DNA of 64,000 bases from Candidatus Berkelbacteria bacterium (GCA_026397135.1 JAPLVL010000001.1:12753-76752); one strand, 5' to 3'. Counted from the first letter of the stretch, positions 50,093 to 60,289 are shown. Program-made: numbers and translations. The notes: generated by a model not told the origin, from the sequence alone.

Positions 50093-52912
50093 TTATTTTC
50101 CACAGCATTTCTTGTATTTCTTGCCGCTTCCACATGGACAAGGATCATTGCGGCCCGGTTTGGCCACGTGTTTCACCTGTGAAGCAGGGCCAGTCGCCGC
50201 CGATTCTTTCATCCGATCGAAGACAGTCTTCTTTTGCGACAACATTACGCTTTCGCTATCAGCCCTGTTTGTATTAGATTCAGCCATCATCTTCTGTGCC
50301 ATTGCTAAATCTTCTTTTTCTTTGTCAAATCCGCCAACTTTATCAACCACTGGTTCAGAATAAAGAAGAGGTTTTGATTCTTCAGAAACTGGCTTCGGTG
50401 CCTGATTGTTTATCTTTATTTCAATTTTGAAGATTGTGCGGGCAACCATAGCTTCAATATTCTGTAAAAGCGCCTCAAAAAGTCGGTACGCTTCCTGTTT
50501 GTACTCAACCAATGGATCACGCTGACCGTAACCCTGCAAGCCAATTCCGGTACGCAATTCATCCATCGTTGTCAGGTGTTCAATCCAGAGCATATCGATT
50601 GTCCGAAGATAAACCATCTTTTCAACCTCTCTGGTGACATTTGATCCGTACTTTTGCTCTCGATCATCATAAATTTTTCTTACAAATTGTTTCAATTCGA
50701 CAATATCAAGTGAAGGCAGGATAATCTCGCCGAAAATCGCTTTGAGTTCCATTCTCAATTTATCCTGATCTTCGATATAGAGATTGCAGATTTTTTCAAT
50801 TTCCTCTTCCAATATCTCCAAAATCTCATCCTTCAGCGAAAACTCTTCTTCCTCACTCCTGACTTCTGACTCCTGACTTCTGGCTTCTGAGTCTTGGCTT
50901 CTGGCTTCTGAGTCCTGACTTCTGACTTCCGACTTCCCGTCCTCCTCTTGTCGAATGGATTTGCTTTCAGATTCTAATACTCGACGGCGTTTTCGGTAAA
51001 TAACCTCACGGTGCTTATTCATCACATCATCATACTCAACCAGATGTTTGCGGATATCAAAATTGTATCCTTCAACCCTCTTCTGTGCCGATTCAATCGA
51101 GTTGGAGATCATCCGATTTTCAATCGGCATCTCATCGGGCAGACCCAGAGAGTTCATAATATTCTTTAGCCGATCACCACCAAAAATCCGCATCAAATCG
51201 TCATCCATCGAAACAAAAAACTGAGATGAGCCGGCGTCACCTTGGCGACCAGAACGACCGCGCAACTGATTATCAATACGACGCGCTTCGTGTCGCTCAG
51301 TTCCAAGCACATGCAGACCACCCAATTCCCGCACCCCTTCACCAAGTTTAATATCAGTACCACGACCAGCCATATTAGTCGCTACCGTGACAGCACCAAC
51401 CAAACCGGCCTTGGAGATTATTTTTGCTTCGCGTTCATGATTCTTCGCGTTCAATACCTCATGTTTTATCCCAGCTCTCTTCAGAGCTTTTGACAGAATT
51501 TCATTCTTGGACACAGAAACAGTACCAATCAAAATCGGTTGGCCCTTGTCGTGGCGTATTCGAACATCTTCGGTAATAGCAGTAATTTTCGCTTCCTCAG
51601 TTTTGTAGATCCGATCGGGAACATCAAGCCGAGCAACCGGTTTGTTTGTTGGAATTTCAACAACATCAAGCTTATAAATTTTGAAAAATTCCTCCGCTTC
51701 GGTCGCGGCAGTACCGGTCATACCTGACAATTTCTTATACATCCGGAAAAGATTTTGGAACGAAATCGTGGCCAAGGTTTGTGACTCATTTTTGACTTCA
51801 ACATTTTCCTTCGCCTCAATCGCTTGGTGCAGACCTTCAGAATACCGGCGGCCAACCATCAACCGTCCTGTAAACTCATCTACAATCATTATTTCGCCGT
51901 CCTGGACTACATAATCTCGATCTTTCTGGAAAAGAGCATGCGCCTTAAGTGCCTGTTCTAGATGGTGAACCATCGTAATACCACCAACTTCGTAAATATT
52001 GTCGATATGGAGCATTTTCTCCATCTCGTGAATTCCTTTATCGGTCAGTGTGACAGTCTTTTCCTTCTCGTCAATAACATAATCATCTGTTTCAGTAAGC
52101 CGAGGAACCAAGGCGGCAAATTGTTGATACATCCCGCCCGATTCTTCAGCCGGAGCTGAAATAATAAGCGGCGTCCTGGCTTCGTCAATCAATATCGAGT
52201 CCACCTCATCAACAATTGCAAAATATAGCTCCCGCTGGACGCAAAGTTCTAGATTTGGCGCCATATTATCGCGCAAATAGTCGAACCCAAATTCGTTGTT
52301 TGTACCATAAGTAATGTCAGCATGATATGCATCGCGCCGACTACATGGTTCCAGGTTCAATCCCTCACACTCCGAATAGTGTTTGTAATCATGGCTTTTT
52401 TTGAAACGATAAGTCTCTTGATTGCTCTGAATGATACCAGTCGAAAGTCCCAAAAAGTCAAAAACTTGTCCCATTCCCTCGCCCTGATGTTTCGAGAGAT
52501 AATCATTTACCGTTACCAAGTGAGCGCCGCGACCGGCTAATGAATTTAAATATAGAGGGAGTGTCGCTACGATTGTCTTACCTTCACCAGTTTTCATCTC
52601 GGCGATTTTGCCTTGGTGAAGCACGAGGCCACCAATTATTTGTACGTCAAAATGGCGCTCTCCCCAGACACGCTTCATCGCTTCTCGCAATACAGCAAAG
52701 GCCTCAGGCGCGATCTGCTCAAGTATCTCGTCTTCGGAAATCTCTGATTCTCTGTCTTTGATTCGATTCCGAAACTCAGTCGTCTTCTGTTTCAACTCCT
52801 CGCCAGAGAGATTACTGACCTCCTTTTCGAAATCACTGATTTCCCTAACCTGACGCTCCAAAGCGCCAATCACTCTTTTGCTCGGATTGTAAAATTTATC
52901 AATTAAACCCAT
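50093..52912 (-). CDS. secA: Preprotein translocase ATPase SecA with in-frame heptamer insertion
   Basis: MKTGEGKT, DEVDSILIDEARTP, QLRGRSGRQGD, C-terminal GRNDPCPCGSGKKYKKCC. Confidence 0.98.
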   Translation of the reverse strand: MGLIDKFYNPSKRVIGALERQVREISDFEKEVSNLSGEELKQKTTEFRNRIKDRESEISEDEILEQIAPEAFAVLREAMKRVWGERHFDVQIIGGLVLHQGKIAEMKTGEGKTIVATLPLYLNSLAGRGAHLVTVNDYLSKHQGEGMGQVFDFLGLSTGIIQSNQETYRFKKSHDYKHYSECEGLNLEPCSRRDAYHADITYGTNNEFGFDYLRDNMAPNLELCVQRELYFAIVDEVDSILIDEARTPLIISAPAEESGGMYQQFAALVPRLTETDDYVIDEKEKTVTLTDKGIHEMEKMLHIDNIYEVGGITMVHHLEQALKAHALFQKDRDYVVQDGEIMIVDEFTGRLMVGRRYSEGLHQAIEAKENVEVKNESQTLATISFQNLFRMYKKLSGMTGTAATEAEEFFKIYKLDVVEIPTNKPVARLDVPDRIYKTEEAKITAITEDVRIRHDKGQPILIGTVSVSKNEILSKALKRAGIKHEVLNAKNHEREAKIISKAGLVGAVTVATNMAGRGTDIKLGEGVRELGGLHVLGTERHEARRIDNQLRGRSGRQGDAGSSQFFVSMDDDLMRIFGGDRLKNIMNSLGLPDEMPIENRMISNSIESAQKRVEGYNFDIRKHLVEYDDVMNKHREVIYRKRRRVLESESKSIRQEEDGKSEVRSQDSEARSQDSEARSQESEVRSEEEEFSLKDEILEILEEEIEKICNLYIEDQDKLRMELKAIFGEIILPSLDIVELKQFVRKIYDDREQKYGSNVTREVEKMVYLRTIDMLWIEHLTTMDELRTGIGLQGYGQRDPLVEYKQEAYRLFEALLQNIEAMVARTIFKIEIKINNQAPKPVSEESKPLLYSEPVVDKVGGFDKEKEDLAMAQKMMAESNTNRADSESVMLSQKKTVFDRMKESAATGPASQVKHVAKPGRNDPCPCGSGKKYKKCCGK
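50855..50938. repeat. 12 x 7-bp array in frame within secA
   Basis: ACTCCTG ACTTCTG ... ACTTCCC, 84 bp, encoding GKSEVRSQDSEARSQDSEARSQESEVRS. Confidence 0.92.
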
Positions 52913-53033
52913 TTTTTCCTTTATTTGACCGCATAGGTGCGGCATATAAATATCGATACACAACAATGGCACTAGCAAAGTACCAAATCTATTTTAGTCT
53001 AATTTACAGCTTTTGCAAGAGCACAATGTACTC

Positions 53034-53414
53034 CTAGATTTCCTCAGCCCCGCCAATCCTCAATTTCCGCAATATTTTTGCCAATTTATTTTCATCAAAT
53101 TTCTGAGCTTCTTTGATCCTCTTGCGATGAAATCGGCTCAAGTTTCGCTCAATGCCTTTGTAAGCATAGGCAAAGGCTCGCATCAATCGGTCATCAACCT
53201 CACGAACAAATATTTTTTCCTTGCCAAAGTTAGTCGATATTTCAACTGCTTGGTCAACCCCGCCCTTTTCCGCACTCGTTTCGTCTCGCAAGAAAACATC
53301 AATCAACATTGGTTCGTCCTTGAGATAGCGTTTTAGTTTCCTCAGCTTTCTCTCCATCAGGGACTTGTCGCGTGCCGACAGCACGATCTCCTTTGTGTGG
53401 AATTCGATTTTCAT
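53034..53414 (-). CDS. hpf: Ribosome hibernation factor HPF/RaiA-like protein
   Basis: MKIEFHTKEIVLS...ERKLRKLKRY...; conserved position upstream of secA. Confidence 0.7.
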   Translation of the reverse strand: MKIEFHTKEIVLSARDKSLMERKLRKLKRYLKDEPMLIDVFLRDETSAEKGGVDQAVEISTNFGKEKIFVREVDDRLMRAFAYAYKGIERNLSRFHRKRIKEAQKFDENKLAKILRKLRIGGAEEI

Positions 53415-53568
53415 ATTGCTCTCCTTCCTGGCCGATCGGTGGACAGCTCCATCGCATCAACCAATTTAATGCTTCCTTCCTATATTGTACACCAAAGTGT
53501 CAAATTTTGAGCTGTAATTATGCAAATGCTAAACCGATGAATGAATTTCCGCTTTTCTGATCTAAAAT

Positions 53569-53997
53569 TCATGTCAAGGCAGTACCTCCGGTTTTATGCA
53601 TTTCCTCCGGCTTGGCGCCCAATTTTGTCGCTTCCGAAGCTATTGCCTCTTCTGCCTTCATTGTCGCTTCCGAAGCCGGCCCGGGATTTGCTTCATTCCT
53701 CAATGTTCTGACATCTCCAAGCGACTTCAACCTCTTCGCTTTTGATTCAGCTGTCCGTATCGCAGCCTCGCGGCTTAGCTCATTAACTTCGACCGGATGA
53801 TCAGTTTCGTTTGTCTTTTTCAGCTCTTGATACCGTGTCCAAAGCTGTCCGACTTTGGCAACATGGTCTCTTGCCTGCTCAGTCAAGGCCACAGCTCTGT
53901 CTCGTGGTGTTTCTGGTGCTGCAACCGCCTCGCTTGATTTCTCTCTATTTGCCTCGTCAATTTCAAGCCCATTGCCACCGAGTTCCAATATTGCCAT
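53569..53997 (-). CDS. Hypothetical helical protein
   Basis: GGAGGAGG RBS; resembles the N-terminal half of 54110..55168. Confidence 0.7.
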   Translation of the reverse strand: MAILELGGNGLEIDEANREKSSEAVAAPETPRDRAVALTEQARDHVAKVGQLWTRYQELKKTNETDHPVEVNELSREAAIRTAESKAKRLKSLGDVRTLRNEANPGPASEATMKAEEAIASEATKLGAKPEEMHKTGGTALT

Positions 53998-54109
53998 TTA
54001 CCCTCCTCCAAAACTGCTTAATTCACTTTGCATACTACACCACAGAATATGAACTACCTCAACGATTATCAAACTAAAGTTTGAGCTACGAGTGTTTGGT
54101 ATAAGTTGC

Positions 54110-55168
54110 TTAATATTCGATCGGTCTGACCTGGGCTTTGACTGTAAAATATTTAATCATGGCCGCGACCGATACCTCTGGCCTGAAATCATTATTTTGA
54201 ATTTCTTTGCCGACACCCTCTGGCGTCTGTTTTGATCGCAAGCGAATCAGACTGGCGCCAAATGGGTTTTCTTGACCATCTGGTTCAGTTGCTCTAGCTT
54301 TGTTTATCATTTCAAGCGAGAAATTTTTGTCCTGATCGTTAACTTCCCCAAATGTCGAAGTTCCTGTCACCTTCTGATAATATTCAAGCTTGCCAAGTAA
54401 TCCTTTCGCCATCTTGTCGCGATCATATTTATACCCAGCTTCAAGTGTACGAAAAGCTGGCATCATTGTCAGAATCATTTTCTCTTCGTCAGTCCGCATA
54501 TTTTCCGGTTTTTGTTTAATTTCAACCTCACGGCGATTTGCGTCCAAAAACCAATTTTGCAAATCTTTGACCTTGGCTTCGAACTGATTCATCGCGCTCT
54601 CAATTTGCTGTTTCTGTTCCTCAACCTGGCTTAGCATTTTCCTACCCTTCTCTTCATCATCGACGACTCGGTCTGCATCCGGCGAAACCATACCGATTGG
54701 ATTTTCCCGTATCGCTGAATTCGGGGCTTTTTCAATTTCCTTGTTTGGACCCATTTCTACGACTTGCCCTGCCCAAGCAGCCTTGATCTGCTCCTCGTTC
54801 GCCCCCAAACGCACCGCATCTTTGATAATTATTTCGCGAACTTTGTTGATCGACTCTAGAGCCTCCGGTCCCGCCTGAGGCTCCAGTTGAGCTAATGTTG
54901 AAATCGCCTCGAGTCGTTGTCCGATCGATTCTCTGTTTCTCTCTGCCAATGTGCTTTCATAAATAGTCGCCTCGGCCGGATTTTCAGTCGCCGAGAGGTC
55001 AACTGCTTTGTCGAGCTTCTGTTCTAACTGTGTCAAGTTTCCGAACCCAGCATTTGCCTTTTCGGCCAAACCGTCAACATGTTGCGAAGGATCATCTGGT
55101 TTTCTGACATCATTTTCGATCCTCTGGCCATTGTCCGGACGATACTTTTCGATATCCATATCACTCAT
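54110..55168 (-). CDS. Hypothetical coiled-coil protein
   Basis: 352-aa ORF with ATGA coupling. Confidence 0.75.
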   Translation of the reverse strand: MSDMDIEKYRPDNGQRIENDVRKPDDPSQHVDGLAEKANAGFGNLTQLEQKLDKAVDLSATENPAEATIYESTLAERNRESIGQRLEAISTLAQLEPQAGPEALESINKVREIIIKDAVRLGANEEQIKAAWAGQVVEMGPNKEIEKAPNSAIRENPIGMVSPDADRVVDDEEKGRKMLSQVEEQKQQIESAMNQFEAKVKDLQNWFLDANRREVEIKQKPENMRTDEEKMILTMMPAFRTLEAGYKYDRDKMAKGLLGKLEYYQKVTGTSTFGEVNDQDKNFSLEMINKARATEPDGQENPFGASLIRLRSKQTPEGVGKEIQNNDFRPEVSVAAMIKYFTVKAQVRPIEY

Positions 55169-55341
55169 AAACCCTCGATTTCTTGTTTAATATTTGAAAT
55201 TTTTTTGCTATCGACTTTGCCCTGAAATTCACTAAAATACTTGGTTTGCGTCCGACGCAAATCTTCCTGGTCAGCCACCACCTCCGTCATAATTTTGTTT
55301 AACTCATTGAAAACTTCTTCGTCGCTTTTCTTTTGCACCAT
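55165..55341 (-). CDS. Hypothetical small protein
   Basis: GGAGG RBS before MVQKKSDEE; coupled to the next gene. Confidence 0.6.
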   Translation of the reverse strand: MVQKKSDEEVFNELNKIMTEVVADQEDLRRTQTKYFSEFQGKVDSKKISNIKQEIEGL

Positions 55342-55548
55342 TTTCCTCCACTCAACTTCTGCACCGGAGAGCAAACTTTAGTTTGTCGGGAGAAAATATT
55401 TCAATCAAGCAAGCCTTTTTCCCAACACGCTAAAGTGTAGTCTACGATTTATATTTATTCAATTACAATATATCACAATTCTTCTTTTGAAAAAAATTAG
55501 GGGCAAAGAAATTACTTTGCCCCAGAGAAAGCGAACCAGCGGATCAGG

Positions 55549-56763
55549 TTAGGAAATGCGAGATTTCCTCGCCTGCCAGCACCAAAGTAGCCATACCGCC
55601 AAGATCAGAATTATACCAGACCAGAGCCAAGAAGTTCCGATCGAGAAGGTGTCCGCCAACCAACCGCTGACGATTAGGCCAATCACAGCTGCCAAGTGAC
55701 CCGAGGTTGAGCTGCAAGAATCAATCGTTGCCCGATCACGGCTTGGAATATCCTTGTGTAAATAGTCCAAGCGAATCGGGTCATGTGCTCCACGAAAAAT
55801 TTCGTGAGAGTAGAAGAAGAGCAGGGACGTGCCCAAGATTGGCACGAAACCAGAAAGCACGATGAAAACGCCAGTACCAAGCAAACAGAGCAGAAGTGCT
55901 CCGCGCTCTGACTTCATTTTCAAAACCAGATAACTGGCCAAACCACTCCCCACGAGAACCGAGATCTTGATCGCGGCTGAAATCCAGCCGAGATAAACAA
56001 GGTTTCCATGTAAAAGCCATTTGTAAAACGGCATCGATTGCATGTTGATACCCTGGACTGCGAATGAGAGTGCCGCTCCGGCCAAGATAAGAAAGAAAAC
56101 TTTCTCATCTTTGACCGAATAAACAACGCTCCGCTTCATAGTCGCGATACCTTCACTAATCTTCTTGCGCCAATCGAACGAATGTTGCTTGGGCCGATAA
56201 TCCTCTTTCATGAAGGAAAAGGCAAAAGCAAAATTGATCGCGGCAGCAACCCCGGAAAAAATCCAGGGGAAAGAATCGTTCAGAGTAGCGGCGTACGCCC
56301 CAATCACGGTTGCCAGCATTCCGGCGATGAGCCCGGCTTGATTTGCCATCGCGAAGATTTTCAAAAATCTGTCGTCATCATCGCGAAACCCATGATGAAT
56401 CATGCTGTCCTTGAACCAGGCAGTAAAAGCCCCGTTCTCACATGTTCGGCCCAGTGCCGCAATTACCTCTGCAAGAGCGAACCCGCCAAATGTAGTCGAT
56501 ACGGCATAGACAAAAGGATCGACCACACGGAAGAAGCAGGCCAAGAGGTATGAATTGCGACGTCCGAAAACATCAGCAAAGATACCCGTCGGGATCTCAA
56601 AAACAAATTGGGTAGCGAAGAAGATCGAGTTGATCAACCCGCAATCCAAATAGTTTTGCCCGTGGGCAAGCAGAAACAGAACATAGGTAGCGTTGATAAA
56701 ATTCATCGAAAAACGAAGAATTACCAACATGGTGACGTAGAGGATAGTTAACCGTGTACTCAC
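55549..56763 (-). CDS. MFS transporter
   Basis: FEIPTGIFADVFGRRNS (motif A); about 12 TM helices. Confidence 0.92.
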   Translation of the reverse strand: MSTRLTILYVTMLVILRFSMNFINATYVLFLLAHGQNYLDCGLINSIFFATQFVFEIPTGIFADVFGRRNSYLLACFFRVVDPFVYAVSTTFGGFALAEVIAALGRTCENGAFTAWFKDSMIHHGFRDDDDRFLKIFAMANQAGLIAGMLATVIGAYAATLNDSFPWIFSGVAAAINFAFAFSFMKEDYRPKQHSFDWRKKISEGIATMKRSVVYSVKDEKVFFLILAGAALSFAVQGINMQSMPFYKWLLHGNLVYLGWISAAIKISVLVGSGLASYLVLKMKSERGALLLCLLGTGVFIVLSGFVPILGTSLLFFYSHEIFRGAHDPIRLDYLHKDIPSRDRATIDSCSSTSGHLAAVIGLIVSGWLADTFSIGTSWLWSGIILILAVWLLWCWQARKSRIS

Positions 56764-56810
56764 AGTTCACCCCTTTTTAATGTGCTGGAAATGAATTTGC
56801 CGCTATTTCC

Positions 56811-56841
56811 AAAAAGCGTCCTGAAATATTCAGGACGCTTT
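56811..56841 (-). terminator. Attenuator terminator in the MFS leader
   Basis: Minus strand AAAGCGTCCTGAA-TAT-TTCAGGACGCTTTTT, about 50 nt before the MFS start. Confidence 0.75.
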
Positions 56842-56866
56842 CTTCAATATTGTAGAGAAATTAATT

Positions 56867-56980
56867 CTAGTTATTTATATTCAAAAAAATGTCCTGATTG
56901 TCTATCGCAAAATTGGCCGGATTGTAGTTAGTGCCGGTCTGGCGAGAAAGCATTTCAATTTTGTGACAAACGATAATCAT
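56867..56980 (-). CDS. Putative 37-aa leader peptide
   Basis: MIIVCHKIEMLSRQTGTNYNPANFAIDNQDIFLNINN*, between the promoter and the terminator. Confidence 0.5.
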   Translation of the reverse strand: MIIVCHKIEMLSRQTGTNYNPANFAIDNQDIFLNINN

Positions 56981-57025
56981 TTTTTCGAATTATATTTCTC
57001 TTGGTTTCCCAAGTTATTGATTAAT

Positions 57026-57054
57026 ACTATAAATTATTGGGTATTCTTTGTCAA
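57026..57054 (-). promoter_or_regulatory. Sigma70 promoter for the leader and MFS gene
   Basis: TTGACA-N17-TATAGT on the minus strand. Confidence 0.7.
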
Positions 57055-57153
57055 TAGCTGATCTCGACACTTATCCACAGCTTACAGCTTGCACTCTTGC
57101 TATTACTCTTCAATAATGATGGAAGGGGAAGATTTTATTATGAAAGGAGAATT

Positions 57154-58376
57154 ATGGCCGAAGGCACAAGCGCATCACCAGAAGAAGAAAAGGCAGCCCA
57201 ACAAGACCTGATTGATGAACACATGGGTGATTCCAAATTTGTTGATTTTCTGACAGGTGCTGAGAAAGGTTCACTCGATCTAACTTCGCTCAAGGATGAG
57301 AGAATTCTGAAGTTTATCGAGGTTTACGACCAGATTGAGAGTACTTCTGACCAAATCACCGAGATCTTGCAGAATCGATTGTTCGAAGGTTTGAACCTAA
57401 ATGAAGTCAGCAACGATGCCAAGAAACAAATCAAAGAGTTTTTGCTCGAAAAGGCGAAGGAAGCCTGCCCTCTGTCGGCAAATATATCAAGAAGATTCGA
57501 GAATATCAGGAAACGACAGTTGAAATAGCCAAGAAAGAACATGAAATTGCTCAATTTGGCGACAAAGCAGCCCTAAATCAAGTCCGGACCGAAACTGCTC
57601 TAAATTTAGGCCAAGCTCAAGCCGAGCAAGCTGCCTTTACAGCCGAACAACTCCACAACAACTCCAATATTTGGAACAATCTAAAAAGGCTTGGCAATGT
57701 TTTCACCGGGAAAGGCTATCATTCCCAAACTGATTTCGAGTTGGAATCTCGCATCGGTGAATCGAATTTGGCTGCCCGCCTCCCGGAATTGACCCAAAAA
57801 CTAGCAGAAATTGATGGCAAATTAGTCAACTTAACTAATGCCGAAGTCGAAAAAGCCTCGCTTGAGACAACAATTCAGAAATTGGAAAACGGGCTACTCA
57901 AGGATGCCGACATGCTGAAAGATGTGAAAGAGTGCATGCTCAAAGCTGCCAAAGACAGACTAGAAAAGTCAGTTGGCAAGCTCGCTTCACAGGGCAGTAA
58001 ATACGGTGGCGAAGACCAAATTGGATTGGGTGAATATGCCAAATTGCAGGCCGATTATTCTCTCTGGTCTGGCAGCAAATATTTCGGCGAAATTTCGACC
58101 GATCCTGAAGCCAAAGCTCTATCTGACGAACTGATCAATGTTCTAAATACAGCTATTACCAACGAAGTCAAAGCTGTTGACCCAAGCAATGTTGGCCGTA
58201 GCATCGACAAAACCTGGCAGACAATCGAAAGTGCCTTGCCAAAAGACGAGGCCAAGAGCAAGGAAGCACTGAAATTGATCCGCTCAACCCTGACCGATCG
58301 ACTGAACACCGAGACTGATCGACCGAAACAGCTATTCCTAAATCGCGTCCTGGCCAAAATAAAAAATAACTATTAG
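57154..58376 (+). pseudogene. Hypothetical coiled-coil protein split by a frameshift near 57460
   Basis: AAGGAG-ATG 57154 ORF. The frame of 57741..58376 stays open back to at least 57465 (LPSVGKYIKKIREYQE...) with no start of its own. Confidence 0.6.
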
Positions 58377-58389
58377 ACAAGGATTCAAG

Positions 58390-58683
58390 ATGAAAGATTT
58401 AGATAAGGATCTCCTAAAATCACTTTTCGAAGATGAAAAATACGGTGAAGCCCGTCAAGTTCTCGATCAATATTTGGCTCAGGATTTGAGCGATGCAGAG
58501 AAGGGAGAGGCATATGTCGAAGCAGTAATGGAATACATGACAATGGCCAACGAAATTAATACTCGCTACCTCTCCTCACTCCAAGAGATTGTTGCTTCTC
58601 TGAAAGAATTAGAGGAAAAGAAAGAAGAATACATCAAAAAAATCGATGTCTCTGGGCTGAAAAGCAAAATCGATCAACTCTAG
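58390..58683 (+). CDS. Hypothetical helical protein
   Basis: AAGGA RBS; terminator downstream. Confidence 0.7.
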   Translation: MKDLDKDLLKSLFEDEKYGEARQVLDQYLAQDLSDAEKGEAYVEAVMEYMTMANEINTRYLSSLQEIVASLKELEEKKEEYIKKIDVSGLKSKIDQL

Positions 58684-58697
58684 ACCAATACAACTGG

Positions 58698-58737
58698 ATA
58701 TATGAAAAAATGCCCGAGACGGGCATTTTTTCATATC
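58698..58737. terminator. Bidirectional intrinsic terminator
   Basis: ATATGAAAAAATGCCCG-AGA-CGGGCATTTTTTCATAT between convergent genes. Confidence 0.85.
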
Positions 58738-58750
58738 GTTTAAAAGCTGA

Positions 58751-58782
58751 CTTGCTCACCTGCTTACCTGCATACTTGCAAC
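58751..58782. repeat. 8-mer array after the serS stop
   Basis: CTTGCTCA CCTGCTTA CCTGCATA CTTGCAAC. Confidence 0.75.
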
Positions 58783-58785
58783 TAT

Positions 58786-60051
58786 TTATCTTCTAATTTC
58801 CGAAAATCCGGTATATTTCTGCAGAACCTCTGGTATTTGAATCGAGCCGTCAGACTGCTGACCGTTTTCCATGATTGCAATTATAGCACGGCTGTTCGCA
58901 ATTGCAGTACCGTTAAGCATATGGACAAAATCTTTTTTGCCAGAATCGTCAACAAATTTAATATTTAGAGCACGGGACTGATAATCAGTACAATTTGAAG
59001 TAGATGTAATTTCAGCCCAATCACCCATGCTCCCGTCTTTGTTCGGCTTGCCTGGCATCCAGGCTTCCAAATCAAAGGTGCGAATCGATGGTGCACCCAA
59101 GTCCGCCGTGCAATGATCAATGACGCGATATGGAATTTTCAAACCATCAAACAATTCTTTTTCGATTACCAACATTTCATCGTGAGCTTTTTCAGAATTT
59201 TCTGGCGTCGTATACTGAAACATTTCAATCTTCGTAAACTGATGAACTCTGAAGGTACCTTTGGAAAATTTGGAGTAACTGCCAGCTTCTGTACGAAAAC
59301 AATGCGAGACAGCTATATATTTCTTTGGTAATTCAACAGCTTTAAATAACTCATCTTTGTGATAACCGCCCATCGTGATTTCGGCAGTAGCAATCAAACT
59401 CAAATCAGAGTTTTCAATGTTATAAATCTGAGTCGCTTCGCCCCGTGGGTTGAAACCCATGCAAGCCAAAATTTCCCGTTTGGCCAGATCAGGAGTAGTG
59501 AAAGGCGTAAAACCGTGTTTCGTTGCCACCGACAGCGCATACTGGATTAGAGCAAATTCGAGAACAGCTAGTTCATTTTTGAGATAATAAAATTTAGCAC
59601 CAGAGACTTTTGCTGCTCGTTCAAAATCGATTAGATCTAACTTTTCCGCTAACTGAACATGATCAAGCGGCTTAAATTCAAATTTGGTTGGCTTGTATTT
59701 CTGTTCTACGACCGGATTATCGTCTTCGTCATCACTAACCTTTACCGACTTGTGAGTCAAATTTGGCACCTGAAAAAGCAATGCGGTGAATTCTTCCTCA
59801 AACGGAAGCAAACTTTTTTCGGCCTCGGCAATTTCTGCCCCGACTTGTTTCATCTCCACAATTTCTTCAGGCGTCGGCTTGTTCTTGGAAACCTTGTTGC
59901 GTTGAGCCCTCAAATCTTCAATTTTTGCCTCCAGCTCCCTTTTGCTCTTGTCGAGGAGAAGCAAACGGTCAATATCAACATCAGAAAGTCGAATCTTGCA
60001 ATTTTCCCTAATCAGCTCCGCATTCTCACGAATAAATTTAATATCAAGCAT
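58786..60051 (-). CDS. serS: Serine--tRNA ligase
   Basis: MLDIKFIREN, LIATAE, CFRTEAG, FRVHQFTKIE, SNCTDYQSR, HMLNGT. Confidence 0.98.
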   Translation of the reverse strand: MLDIKFIRENAELIRENCKIRLSDVDIDRLLLLDKSKRELEAKIEDLRAQRNKVSKNKPTPEEIVEMKQVGAEIAEAEKSLLPFEEEFTALLFQVPNLTHKSVKVSDDEDDNPVVEQKYKPTKFEFKPLDHVQLAEKLDLIDFERAAKVSGAKFYYLKNELAVLEFALIQYALSVATKHGFTPFTTPDLAKREILACMGFNPRGEATQIYNIENSDLSLIATAEITMGGYHKDELFKAVELPKKYIAVSHCFRTEAGSYSKFSKGTFRVHQFTKIEMFQYTTPENSEKAHDEMLVIEKELFDGLKIPYRVIDHCTADLGAPSIRTFDLEAWMPGKPNKDGSMGDWAEITSTSNCTDYQSRALNIKFVDDSGKKDFVHMLNGTAIANSRAIIAIMENGQQSDGSIQIPEVLQKYTGFSEIRR

Positions 60052-60061
60052 ATTTTTCCTC

Positions 60062-60130
60062 TGTCGTTCCGGATTCAATCCGGAAATTATTTAATTCTTT
60101 TTTGGATCCTGAATCAAGCTCAGGATGACA
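60062..60130. repeat. Palindromic GTCAT-type element in the serS leader
   Basis: TGTCGTTCCGGATTCAATCCGGAA...GATCCTGAATCAAGCTCAGGATGACA. Confidence 0.75.
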
Positions 60131-60157
60131 AAATATTTTTACCTATTTGCTGGCTCA

Positions 60158-60289
60158 CTATTTCTTATCACCTAATAGTTTTTTAATTTTAGTGGCAGGC
60201 AAAAAGTTCTCTCCTGTAACTACATTTTGCCCTGTTTTTTGCTCAAGCGCAATCCTCGCATCCTTGGCAACGCTGTCACTTTCTAATTT
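60158..60289 (-). pseudogene. C-terminal remnant of the Bro-N gene
   Basis: ...SVAKDARIALEQKTGQNVVTGENFLPATKIKKLLGDKK*, resembling the typical C-terminus of this Bro-N family; same strand as the N-terminal piece. Confidence 0.7.

Noticed and set aside
57071-57079. DnaA box TTATCCACA as a replication origin
   Set aside because: Single box; no cluster, no dnaA or dnaN, and no lasting switch in gene orientation.
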